The translations under genes were made by a program, and so were the position numbers. DNA of 63,987 nucleotides, filler included, from an uncultured Myxococcia bacterium (lineage in GTDB: Bacteria > CAZTWC01), in assembly GCA_964617105.1 (NCBI GenBank). It is 8 parts of 8 records of this genome, joined end to end, with 100 filler letters (N's around TTAATTAATTAA, not from the genome) between each part and the next. Parts side by side here need not be neighbours in the genome. Positions count along the whole stretch, not along the records: positions 17,067 to 25,367 come from CAZTWC010000157.1; positions 25,468 to 33,740 come from CAZTWC010000158.1; 6 more parts are not named here. One strand, written 5' to 3'. This document shows, piece by piece, positions 18,248 to 28,006 of this stretch. Below the pieces are notes generated by a model. The model saw only the letters and a program-made list of their open reading frames with translations. It had not been told where the DNA came from and searched no databases. Each line of letters opens with the position of its first letter. Position 1 is the stretch's first letter.

Positions 18248-18945
18248 TTACGCTCATTGGCGGAGATTAAAGCCGATATTCTGGCGTTGGAAGAGAGTAG
18301 TCTGGAACTGGAAAAAACCGTACTGGAGGATAAGGTCAGTTATATACATTCTCTTAAAGAGGAATCTATTGATGTGGAGCCTCAGGAGTGTTTTACCCAG
18401 GACAATGTCCGGGTGGAGGTTGATGGCGTTATTTATCTCAAAGTAACTGAGCCCTATAAGGCTAGTAACGGTATTACCAACTATAAGCAGGCGGCAATTC
18501 AGTTGGCCCAAACCACCACCCGTTCGGTTATTGGCACCATTGATCTGGATAAAACTTTTGAGGAGCGGGATCTAATCAATTCAAAAGTTCTTACCACTCT
18601 CAGCGAGGTGCAGGAAGATTGGGGCAAACAACAGTTACCCGCTATGAAGTGAAAAATATTGAGCCTCCGGAATCGGTGCGCAATGCCATGGAACGGCAGG
18701 TGACCGCCGAGCGGGAGAAAAGAGCACTGGTGGCCAAATCTCTGGGAACCAAAGAGTCGATGATTAATGATTCCGAGGGCAAGAAAGCAGAGATGATAAA
18801 TCAATCAGAAGGTGATATGAGGCGGTTAATAAACCGTTCCGAAGGTGAGATGCGCCGCCGTATCAATGAGGCGGAAGGTATATCTCAAGAGATAAATCCA
18901 AGGTTTTATTGCCGGCTGATATCTCTAATTTCGAAAAGACTCTAG
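18248..18945 (+). pseudogene. Degraded SPFH/band-7 (QmcA-like) gene: N-terminus missing, frameshift at ~18625, fused to an unrelated short tail
   Basis: HSLKEESIDVEPQECFTQDNVRVEVDGVIYLKV..QLAQTTTRSVIG..EDWG continues in another frame as VTRYEVKNIEPPESVRNAMERQVTAEREKRA; no TM leader. Confidence 0.75.
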
Positions 18946-19244
18946 CGGCTCTGGGGTTCTGTTAATGATCCACAGTTAAAACCCCTTAGACTGTCGCCGG
19001 AAATTGGCCGGGCTGATATATTTTTTATTCATACAAATTTTTTCCATCAGATACCTATGGGCGCGTACCACCTAAGTTCATCGGTGAACAGGAGATACAA
19101 AGTAAAATAGGAAATTTTCAATGCCGTCCGATAAAAAAGGAATAGTTGAACTTTTTAGCGACAGAACAGGGGATGGATAAGTTATCCATTTGAACTTTTG
19201 TCGCGTTTTTAGGGCAGCAAAACTGGAAATAAATTGTTGATAAT

Positions 19245-19799
19245 TTAAGCCGTCAGCCACTTTAAATAGTTAGACCATATTTCCGGCCGTTCCAACAGCT
19301 CAGATAATTCTTTAACTCTAATATCCAAATAGGACCGATCTAATTTGCTTGACTGTTGGGAGATTATCTTTTCGACATCATCCAGATCCTGACTGCGCTG
19401 AGAAATAATCTTGTGCAAGATAAGATCTTCCGGGGTGCAAAACTTAACGGCCTGGCCCCTAATCTTCCGGACTACCGCGCGGTTTATAGCGTCACACTCA
19501 AAGGGGAGCATTCCAAAAATAAGATCGATTCTAACCCCCTTAGCACTTATCATTGGCAGCACTCTGGTTTTTTCAACAAAAGACAGAGGCTCATCTGCCA
19601 ATATTTTAAACTCGTGAGAGAACAAATTGACCCACTCCAATAAGGGCTGCTCACCTGGCCATATAGTTACATCAATATCCAGGGTACTTCTGGGAACTCC
19701 CCAAATGGCATTGGCTATACCGCCAATAATCATATAGGGGATATTGGCTTTGTCTAAAAACCGACAGAGGGAAATAAGAGTTGCTTCCTGTTCGGTCAT
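19245..19799 (-). CDS. Nucleotidyltransferase (DUF6036/AbiEii-like), putative toxin
   Basis: IPYMIIGGIANAIWGVPRSTLDIDV..RIDL..PEDLILHKIISQRSQDLDDV. Confidence 0.75.
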   Translation of the reverse strand: MTEQEATLISLCRFLDKANIPYMIIGGIANAIWGVPRSTLDIDVTIWPGEQPLLEWVNLFSHEFKILADEPLSFVEKTRVLPMISAKGVRIDLIFGMLPFECDAINRAVVRKIRGQAVKFCTPEDLILHKIISQRSQDLDDVEKIISQQSSKLDRSYLDIRVKELSELLERPEIWSNYLKWLTA

Positions 19800-20026
19800 C
19801 TATTTTTGTCCAATAGGGCCAATATGGAGCGCATTTTTTGCAGGCCCACATATTCAGGATCTGTATTGCGTAAACGCACCTCCGGTGGCAACATCTCAAA
19901 AATAGCACCAAGACCGGCCAGAATATCTTCTGGAGCCTGGTTATTTTTTAGCGTTTTTTCCCATTTATTAAAATGGGTTAAACCGGATGCTTTTTTTTGA
20001 AGTAGTTTGATAAGTTGTTTGTTCAT
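19796..20026 (-). CDS. Small helical protein coupled to the nucleotidyltransferase (putative antitoxin/partner)
   Basis: 76 aa, ATGA overlap with downstream NTase gene. Confidence 0.5.
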   Translation of the reverse strand: MNKQLIKLLQKKASGLTHFNKWEKTLKNNQAPEDILAGLGAIFEMLPPEVRLRNTDPEYVGLQKMRSILALLDKNR

Positions 20027-20372
20027 TTGGCCTATTACCTAACGTGCGCAAGACTCGATACAGGGCTCCTTGCAGATTACCCTGGCAGGACTTGACATTA
20101 TGAAATATCACACCTGCTAGCAGACGCCAGCTTCGCTTGGCGTCCATACTTTCATTATACATGTTACCAGGCACGTTGGAAAGGCATTTTCTGACAGAGC
20201 CTTTCGACATTTCGACATGTATCATTGTCAAATTTAGAAAATATGCTCACAAGGGTAAAATTTTCTTCCCCTCGATTGCTGCAAAGATCAATTGTGATTA
20301 CGCTGTGACCATGGGTATAGTAAGAANNNNNNNNNNGGTTTTTGCAGGTATCGCTCTTAGTTGTCTGGATAG

Positions 20373-20693
20373 TCAAAATTTTATATAATGCATGGAGGGC
20401 TGTTCCATGGCCGCGTCCTGATGGCTGGAAGAGCCGGCCTGAAAGGCAACGGTTTTGTCGATGTCTTCCATAACCACAAGGAGAGGTGTGATAGAGTCGG
20501 GATAGGCAATAATGTCTGCACAATCGGGATGATAGTGATCGGAAAAATCTGGGTTCCCGTAATCGTCAAAACAATCTTTGATGGGCTTGTACTGTAAGTT
20601 ATAGAAGTCTTTTACTGCCCGAATAAGAGTGGTCTTTCCGTTTCCCGGCGGACCAAGCAGGAGATAGCCTCTTTTCCAGGGGATGTCCTCCCT
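20373..20693 (-). pseudogene. Internal fragment of BCS1-like AAA+ ATPase
   Basis: [25 protein letters not shown]...[10 protein letters not shown] (Walker A and B); stop immediately upstream, no start codon; absent from ORF track. Confidence 0.7.
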
Positions 20694-20709
20694 TCACAAT
20701 TTTGACCAA

Positions 20710-21323
20710 TTACAGCATGCCATTAATTAATTGGTCAATATACTTTTTAGCTACATCTCGATCGGTTATCTGTAATCCAGCAAGAAAATTAGATAATTCA
20801 TTATAGGTGTAATCGTCCTTAAGATCATCAATACAACGATAATAACCTTTTAGACGGCCAAATTGATAAATGAGTTTTTTCCTTTCGGTTAAGTTGAGAT
20901 AACTGTCAATTTCCTTGAGCATTTTATACTTGTCACCAGGCAATTGACCGCTAACATTTTCTAGTAGGTTCATTATATGATCGCTTTTGATGATACTTTT
21001 AATGCCTTTGCAGCCACACTATAATAACTGCTGTGATGTCCAAATTGATTAACAATATGGGAGATTACAGTCTTATCAATCCTCCCTGTGCCATTTTTCA
21101 TAGAAAAATTTATTATATTGTCTGTGATATCACGAGCAGCCTCAATATCTGCTTTAATTTCCTTAACCGATCTTAAACTAAATTTACTGTCCTTATATAC
21201 AGGACAAAACAAACATCTATTCCAGGGACAATTTCTGCTAATACGTAAAAGCAGGCTTTTAGCCTCGTTTGGTGGTCTTATAGGACCTTGCTCAAAGTCA
21301 GAAATATATGGTAATGATTTCAT
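20710..21323 (-). pseudogene. Radical SAM gene with large internal deletion
   Basis: N-part FEQGPIRPPNEAKSLLLRISRNCPWNRCLFCPVYK (CxxxCxxC) joined out of frame to C-part KSDHIMNLLENVSGQLPGDK..; barrel core absent. Confidence 0.7.
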
Positions 21324-21418
21324 GGTGTTTAATTTTTTTGTTTTATTTTGGGTTCTGCAACACAGTTATTTGTGAGCACATCCAAATTTTTGCGACAGGG
21401 GTAATTCCCGGATAGAAG

Positions 21419-23764
21419 TTATTTAATTTTACCAACCACCACTGTGATATCATCTTCTATCTCTTTGTCACCATAAAAATTAAAAGCTTTATCAACAATG
21501 TTTTTAACAATTTCCTGGCTGGAGTCATCTGTTTTTTCTATCATAGATTGAAGTAAATTATTTTTTCCATATTCTTGGTCCTCTGGGTTGCGGCATTCTA
21601 TCAGCCCATCGGTGTACCACAGAATTATATCCCCGGAATCGAGTTGGCTTTTTTGGTTTTCATATACATTATTTTTCTGAAAACCCAGTCTGGGGCCCCG
21701 GGACGCTAAACTGGAAATCTGATGAAACCTTCCCCGTTTATTCTTTTTTTCTAGATCGGTCCTATAAATAAAAGGACAATTGTGGCCCGCATTGGAAAAG
21801 ATTATTTCCCGGGTTTTTTTATTGATGGAAGAGGCAAAAACGGTCATATAGAATTGTTCCTGGGCTGTGGAATAGATAATTTTATTCATAATTTGCAGTA
21901 TTGAAGCGGGGTTTAAAAGTTCGGCCGGCAAATCCTTTTGCAGTAAATTGATAGTTTCGCAGCAAGCCCGGGCGGTTGCGGTAATTAATGCAGAAGAAAC
22001 TCCATGACCGGTAACATCTCCAACCAGGAGATACAAGTTGTCTTCCCGCTCAAAGTAACCCCACCAGTCACCGCCACATTCTGAGGCTGGAGTAAAAAAA
22101 CCGGTCACATCAACTGCCTCTGCTGAGGGGAGTTTTTGCGGTAAAAGAGTATTTTGCACCGCTTTGGCTGTGGCCATCTCGCTTTTTAAACGCATTTTTT
22201 CAATATTATCAAACGAGAGAACCATCTGACTGGCGATACTCTTTAGAATTTCAGTGTCGTTGTGGTTGAAATCCAGGGAGTTAAATTTGTCGTTAATGTT
22301 GATGACTCCGATTATGTTTTCTTCTTCTTTTAAGGGCACGCAAAGTAAACTGTTTGAACCTTCCCAGATTTTTTGGCTGAATTTCTCAAATAATGAATTG
22401 GTATTTATATCGTTTATAATAATCGCTTCGCTCTTACTAAAAACCTGACTGGCAATCCCGACGCTGCCCAGTTTAAATTTATTTAACTTCGTCTTTTTAT
22501 AATCCCAACCAACGGCTGCGCAAACCACCAGATTATTTTCACTGTCCAGCAGCATTACCGATCCCCGTCGGGCGTTAATCAGTTGGGTCGCCTGGGTAAG
22601 GCCGAAATTTATTAGTTCATTCCGGTCCAAAATAGAACTGAGTTTTCGGTTTATTTGGTTAATTTTGACCAAAGTTTTATTGGCGGTCTCCAATTCCTGA
22701 TAACTTATTTTCAATTGTTTGGTCATATCGTTAAACGTATCTGCCAGTTTTTCTAATTCATCGCCGGTGGTCACTTTGATTTGATGGGAAAAATCTTTTT
22801 TAGCAATAAATTCGGTTCCTCTAAGCAATGAACCCATTGCTTTTAAGATATTAGCGCCAATAGTAACTGAGATGGTTAAGGCAATAATAATTATTAAGAT
22901 AGAAAACAAAATGATCCCCCACAGGGTCCATTTTATGGTGCTCCTGATATCGGTATTGTCAGTAACCACCCAAAAGGCTAAATTTTCTAAGCGATTTTCT
23001 GAGGAAAACTTAACCGGAATAACACGGGTGTCCAGATTTTTTCCATCAATATTGACCTGTTGGACTTTTTCATTAAAATTGAAAATATTGTTGGGATTTT
23101 CAATTATTTTTTTATCGAAACTAGAGGCGATTATTTTTTGTTTATTGGCGACAATAATATTGGTACCACTTAGTTTTTTGATCTTTTTAGCAAATTTGTC
23201 GGTTAGTTTGTAACCCACCGAGCATGAACCGAATATCCTGATTTTATTGGTATAACCAAAGACCGGCACCGTGGACTTCAACTCTACGTATTTGCCGGTA
23301 TTATCCTGGGTCAAAACTATGTCACCGCTCTCAATACCTTCTAACAGAGCGTTTTTAACCAGAATATTATCATTGTCAACCTGATTGACCAGGCTAAAGT
23401 TATGGGGAGCAGCCTTGATAATTATATTAGTTCCCGATTTTTTATGAATAGTAACCGAATCAACCCCAAAATTGTCAATCAACGGGGCCAAATATTTTTC
23501 CATCTCCTCCTCTTTGGCTAAAAATTGGACTCCCCGTTGAACAGCAGGCATATTGGCGATCATTTTACTGTATATATATGATTGCTTTCGGTATTGTTCA
23601 ATGGTGTTGATTACACTGTGTCCCTGAGTGGTAATTTGCCGCTCGATATTAGCCTGCAACCTGAGATAAAAAATCAGCATTGACAGGAGAGAAACTACTA
23701 AAATCGGCCCTAGAGAGATAATGATAATCAGGTTGATCTTGGTTTTTAATGATAATTTTTTCAT
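21419..23764 (-). CDS. Membrane sensor PP2C/SpoIIE (RsbU-like) phosphatase: periplasmic sensor-HAMP-GAF-PP2C
   Basis: Two TM helices, GDELEKLADTFNDM HAMP, SLLCVPL..IIGVININDK GAF, GGDWW, GDVTGHGVSSAL, YTDGLIE, DDIT. Confidence 0.9.
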   Translation of the reverse strand: MKKLSLKTKINLIIIISLGPILVVSLLSMLIFYLRLQANIERQITTQGHSVINTIEQYRKQSYIYSKMIANMPAVQRGVQFLAKEEEMEKYLAPLIDNFGVDSVTIHKKSGTNIIIKAAPHNFSLVNQVDNDNILVKNALLEGIESGDIVLTQDNTGKYVELKSTVPVFGYTNKIRIFGSCSVGYKLTDKFAKKIKKLSGTNIIVANKQKIIASSFDKKIIENPNNIFNFNEKVQQVNIDGKNLDTRVIPVKFSSENRLENLAFWVVTDNTDIRSTIKWTLWGIILFSILIIIIALTISVTIGANILKAMGSLLRGTEFIAKKDFSHQIKVTTGDELEKLADTFNDMTKQLKISYQELETANKTLVKINQINRKLSSILDRNELINFGLTQATQLINARRGSVMLLDSENNLVVCAAVGWDYKKTKLNKFKLGSVGIASQVFSKSEAIIINDINTNSLFEKFSQKIWEGSNSLLCVPLKEEENIIGVININDKFNSLDFNHNDTEILKSIASQMVLSFDNIEKMRLKSEMATAKAVQNTLLPQKLPSAEAVDVTGFFTPASECGGDWWGYFEREDNLYLLVGDVTGHGVSSALITATARACCETINLLQKDLPAELLNPASILQIMNKIIYSTAQEQFYMTVFASSINKKTREIIFSNAGHNCPFIYRTDLEKKNKRGRFHQISSLASRGPRLGFQKNNVYENQKSQLDSGDIILWYTDGLIECRNPEDQEYGKNNLLQSMIEKTDDSSQEIVKNIVDKAFNFYGDKEIEDDITVVVGKIK

Positions 23765-24765
23765 TAATTGTTTCTATTACTTTGTTCAAATTCATTGATA
23801 AGTTTTTGGGTTTCAATTATTACATTATAAAAAGATAGATCATGAGAAACAAAACCAGTATAGGGCAATCCTTTATCCACATTGAATACGGGTTGACCTT
23901 TTTCGGTTTTAGTTTCGATGGTGATATGGCTGAGCAGTTTAATGAATTTTTTAATAAATTCCGGGTTAATCTTTTTGCTCTTTTTAGAGGCGGCAAAACC
24001 GTCAAAAGGGATTTTATCGGTCTTTTTAATGATTCTAAAAATATCGCCATATTCCCGGACCGCCGACTCATAGGCGCCTTCCCAGGTGGCGCCGGCATCG
24101 ACAACTCCGGTTTTTACCTCTCGGATAACTTTGGAGTGACTGCCGGAAAATTTAACCGATTTAAAATATTTATAGGGGTTAATTTTTTGCTTTAGAAAAA
24201 GAGCCATGGGAAATTTGTACCCAGAAGCAGACCCCTGGCTGACAAAAGCAAAATATTTCTTTTCTAAATCTGAGAACGATTTATAGGGAGAATCTTTTCT
24301 GACAATAATATAGCCATGATAGTAGCCTTTTCCTTTTTTTATATAAGAGGCCAAATATATCAGGGAATTTTTTATCTCAACTATGGCCTTGGCAAAGGCT
24401 GCCGGCGAAAAAATGGCCAGATCTATACTGCCGTCCGCCAGGTCATCCTGCAGTTGGTCATAGGTTGGCGAAATGCACAGATCAATATTTTTCCCCATTT
24501 TTTCAGAGAGGTACTGTGAAAACGGCCTGTACATCTCTACCATTTTATCATTACTGGCCCAGGGGGTAACTCCCAGGTAGATATCAGCCTCTTGGGTTGA
24601 GAAGTGGCGGTGTTTATAGAATATTTTTTTTGCCACGATTGCCAGATTTTCAACCTCTTTAGTTTGATTATGAAGATCAGAGCAGTTAAACCCAGAGGTG
24701 TTGAGCAAGAGTAGGATCAGAAGTATCTCCCAGGTTATTTTGTCTCTGAGATTTGTTTGCCGCAC
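23764..24765 (-). CDS. PhnD/phosphonate-type periplasmic substrate-binding protein
   Basis: LGVTP..Y.PF..YL, DLAIFSP, YHGYIIVRKDS, AFVSQGSASGYKFP, FSGSHSKVI..V..G.VDAGA; likely GTG start 24765 after AAGGAG; TAATG overlap with phosphatase. Confidence 0.8.
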   Translation of the reverse strand: MRQTNLRDKITWEILLILLLLNTSGFNCSDLHNQTKEVENLAIVAKKIFYKHRHFSTQEADIYLGVTPWASNDKMVEMYRPFSQYLSEKMGKNIDLCISPTYDQLQDDLADGSIDLAIFSPAAFAKAIVEIKNSLIYLASYIKKGKGYYHGYIIVRKDSPYKSFSDLEKKYFAFVSQGSASGYKFPMALFLKQKINPYKYFKSVKFSGSHSKVIREVKTGVVDAGATWEGAYESAVREYGDIFRIIKKTDKIPFDGFAASKKSKKINPEFIKKFIKLLSHITIETKTEKGQPVFNVDKGLPYTGFVSHDLSFYNVIIETQKLINEFEQSNRNN

Positions 24766-24811
24766 CTCTAATATCTCCTTTCTGATGATAATTATAGTTC
24801 CTATCCGGTAC

Positions 24812-25367
24812 CTATTCCGGCATTGTCCGGATATCATTTTTTAGATGAAGAGACTTTATCCACCGGGATAACATAAGGGAAAATTTTTTATTAAAGAGTT
24901 CTCGCTTTATTTCTGTTTTAACCTGCTCAAGGGTTTTCTCCTTGAAGCGTTTCCGGTTTTGTTCAAAATAGATCCCTATCTCCTCATCTCTGATCTGGAT
25001 CATCAGTTTCACCTTGTTGGAGATATACTTTTCGGTCCACATACTCCGCAAGATAATATTTTTAATATCTTCTTGGTCGATACCTAATCGGTCCAGAAAA
25101 AATTGGTATCCCTGCTCAGAGGAAAATTTTTTTTTAAATATTTTAGTCTCTTTTTCAACCTCCGGTTGACCAACCGAGATAATATTCATCTTTTCCGCTT
25201 CAGCCAGGATGATTTTTTGATTGATTAAAAATTCCAGCACCGATGTTTGAAATTTTTTGTCAATTTTCAGGTGCAGGGCTTTTTCACCCAGCCGTTGGGC
25301 TAGCACATAATAGGCGGCAATTTCCATCTCTTGCCAGGTGATCACCTGATTATTCACCACCGCCACA
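24812..25367 (-). CDS. SurA N-terminal-domain/foldase-like protein (5'-truncated)
   Basis: VAVVNNQVIT..VLEFLINQKIILAEAEK.NI.V...EV..; open to contig edge. Confidence 0.65.
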
Positions 25368-25467
25368 NNNNNNNNNNNNNNNNNNNNNNNNNNNNNNNNN
25401 NNNNNNNNNNNTTAATTAATTAANNNNNNNNNNNNNNNNNNNNNNNNNNNNNNNNNNNNNNNNNNNN
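25368..25467. other. Artificial contig linker
   Basis: N44-TTAATTAATTAA-N44. Confidence 0.97.
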
Positions 25468-25853
25468 TGCTGTTTGCGGGTGGTTTCACTGCCAGCCATG
25501 ATCCTGGTCTTGGTCACGGTTGGATAATCATCAGCCACCACCACTCCACTCACATCGGCGCCCCGTTCCGACAGCATCTCTAATAATTTTTGACCCGCCT
25601 GGTCATCACCCACAACGCCGCAGGCGCTAACCTTGGCTCCCAGAGTAGCCAGGTTGGCGATGGCGTTAGCAGCACCGCCCGGTTTAAATTCGGAACTAAG
25701 ATATTTGACTATTAATACCGGCGCCTCCCGAGATATTCTTGAGGTTACCCCATAGAGATATTCATCCACCAACAGGTCCCCAACCACCACTATTCGTTTA
25801 CCCTGGTACTTGTCGATGCCGGCCAACAGTTCCTGACATTCTTTTTGATCCAT
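25468..25853 (-). CDS. rfaE1: D-glycero-beta-D-manno-heptose-7-phosphate kinase (HldA/RfaE1), 3'-truncated
   Basis: VVGDLLVDEYLYGVTSRISREAPVLI..PGGAANA..PTVTKTRI. Confidence 0.85.
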
Positions 25854-25935
25854 AAAATTTTTCTCCCATAAGGCTGGAGTAGCCCAAGTTCTTATCTGAA
25901 CATTAACCATTTACAAAACGGCAAAATTATTAGGT

Positions 25936-26808
25936 TTAATACTTATAACTAATTTTCCACCGGCGATGCAACCAGAACCATTGCTGGGGGGTTTCCCGAA
26001 TTTTATCCTCCACCAAAAGGTTCAGCCTGGCCACCATATCCTTAGTCGCCTGGTTACGGCTTTTTTCTCCCGGTTCAAAGTAGATGGGAGGCAATATCTC
26101 TATTTTCTGATGCCCGTCCTCTATCCTGGTGACAAATACCGGCAATATGGGGGCGCCGCTCCATTCGCTGAAAATCACCGGTGCCTTGGTGGTGGCAGCT
26201 TTATGACCAAAAAAATTTACCGTCAGGGCATTTCTGGGAGTGTGCTGATCCAGCATCATAGCCACGATTCCCCCCCCTTTCAACGCCGCTTTAATTTGGC
26301 TGGCCGAGTTTTTAGGCGGAATCAGGGTAACTCCATATCTACTTCTTCGCTCCTGCCAGTACCGGTTTACCCCTTTAACTCCTAAAAACTTGGTGACAAT
26401 TGCCAAATCTCCCCGTAGAGAAGCCCACAGGCAGACGCCTAAATCAAAATTGCCCAAATGGCAGGAAACTACAATTATCCCCTTTTTACTCTGTTTGGCT
26501 TTTTGATAATTCTCCTCTCCCTCCACCTGAATACTGTTGGCATTGTATAAATTTACCCGAAAAAATTCAACCAGGCTTTTACAAATATTGATCATCATTC
26601 CAGCCACAATTTGGCGCTTTTCTCTTGGAGAGAGTTGATCACCATAGGCTAGTTGCAGATTCTGCAAAGCCACCTTTTTTCTTATGGGTATCACATAATA
26701 CCAAATATATCCTAAAAAACTGGCAAATTTTTGGGCGATCCTCTCCGGCAAAAGGCAAACCGCCTTTTCCATCAATACTAACGTATTATAGATTAATAAA
26801 TCCAGCAT
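25936..26808 (-). CDS. Lipid A late acyltransferase family (LpxL/HtrB-like), copy 1
   Basis: SCHLGNFD, MMLDQH, FFG..A, PQQWFWLHRRWK. Confidence 0.85.
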   Translation of the reverse strand: MLDLLIYNTLVLMEKAVCLLPERIAQKFASFLGYIWYYVIPIRKKVALQNLQLAYGDQLSPREKRQIVAGMMINICKSLVEFFRVNLYNANSIQVEGEENYQKAKQSKKGIIVVSCHLGNFDLGVCLWASLRGDLAIVTKFLGVKGVNRYWQERRSRYGVTLIPPKNSASQIKAALKGGGIVAMMLDQHTPRNALTVNFFGHKAATTKAPVIFSEWSGAPILPVFVTRIEDGHQKIEILPPIYFEPGEKSRNQATKDMVARLNLLVEDKIRETPQQWFWLHRRWKISYKY

Positions 26809-26809
26809 A

Positions 26810-27988
26810 TTAACCTTCACACCCAGGGCCAACTCCATAATGCCTCAACCAATCATCCAAAGGGTGCTGTCCCGAGAAAATCTCAATCTTCAGCCGCAAG
26901 CTTAATAACGGCATCTCTAACCCTTCTACCAGGTGCCATAATCTGGCTATATCTTTATCTGTGGTAACCATATAATCACAGCGGTTATTTTTAGCCTTTA
27001 GCGCCATATCAACTATCTGACTACTATTAAAGTAATAGTGGTCAGGAAATCCGTTAAACCCAATCACCCTGGCTCCACACTCCAATAATAGCGATTTCAC
27101 ATTTTGGGGATGGGCGCAGCCAGCCCAGCCAAACACCCTTTTGCCTTTAAGAGCCTCCAGAGATAGCAGCCGCTCTTCCTGCCAAAACCAAAATCCCTGG
27201 ACCACAAAACGGCTCTGCACCAGGATGCTTTGGGGATCGGCATAGGGGGCAATTTGATCCATAAAAGAGGCGCTTAGAGCTTGCTGTTGGCTGGGCTGGT
27301 TAAACCATAGAATTTGGGCGGCGTTAAGGGCCTCCAACCCTTCGCGCATGGGGCCGGCTGGCAGACAAAACCCATTGCCCAGTTTTTGCCTGGTATTGAA
27401 TACCACCAGATCTGCTACTCTTTTTACTTTTAGAGTCTGGAAGCCATCATCCAGGATCACCACCACCCTATCTGAATTCTGATTTTTAGAATAGATCTGT
27501 TCCAACAAAACCGTCCGATTCCGGCCTATACCTACCTTTACTTCAGGCAATAACATCAGCGCCTGCAAAGCTTCGTCACAGATTTTATCGTCCAACTCTT
27601 TGGTGGTTATAATCCTGGCCTGCCATCTTTTAGCAATTTTCGGCAAAGGAAAAGCGCGATACCCTCTAAAGAGAATATAAACCTGCTGCCCCTGGCTTAA
27701 AAGCCTTTCGGCCAAATATAAACTCACCGGTGATTTACCTGCTCCTCCCACCACCAGGCTGCCTACCGAAATAACCTGTCTTTGTCTCTTATTACTGACG
27801 ACCTGATTATCATTTGCACTATTTTTTTCTCGGCAGGAGATGTTATAGCATTTGGCAGTCAGGTGTTGGCGCCGCAATTTCATATATACACGCATGACAA
27901 GTGAGAGGGGCAAAAGCGGCCACAGCAGGAGAAAATGCAGCCATCCCCACTTCTGATAAAATATTTTTTCTAACCAAAAATTAAGCAT
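26810..27988 (-). CDS. lpxK: Tetraacyldisaccharide 4'-kinase
   Basis: VISVGSLVVGGAGKSP, RGY, DE, ILDDGFQ, LPAGPMRE, FPDHY, TTDKD. Confidence 0.9.
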   Translation of the reverse strand: MLNFWLEKIFYQKWGWLHFLLLWPLLPLSLVMRVYMKLRRQHLTAKCYNISCREKNSANDNQVVSNKRQRQVISVGSLVVGGAGKSPVSLYLAERLLSQGQQVYILFRGYRAFPLPKIAKRWQARIITTKELDDKICDEALQALMLLPEVKVGIGRNRTVLLEQIYSKNQNSDRVVVILDDGFQTLKVKRVADLVVFNTRQKLGNGFCLPAGPMREGLEALNAAQILWFNQPSQQQALSASFMDQIAPYADPQSILVQSRFVVQGFWFWQEERLLSLEALKGKRVFGWAGCAHPQNVKSLLLECGARVIGFNGFPDHYYFNSSQIVDMALKAKNNRCDYMVTTDKDIARLWHLVEGLEMPLLSLRLKIEIFSGQHPLDDWLRHYGVGPGCEG

Positions 27989-28006
27989 TTATAGCACTTC
28001 TAGTTA

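Noticed and set aside
18610-18652. Programmed frameshift in the SPFH gene
   Set aside because: No clear slippery heptamer, and the gene is also truncated at both ends, so decay or error is more likely
20037-20043. Integron attC/cassette boundary (GTTAGGT 10 nt before the small TA-like gene)
   Set aside because: No matching RYYYAAC inverse core with attC-like dyad at a suitable distance and no integrase
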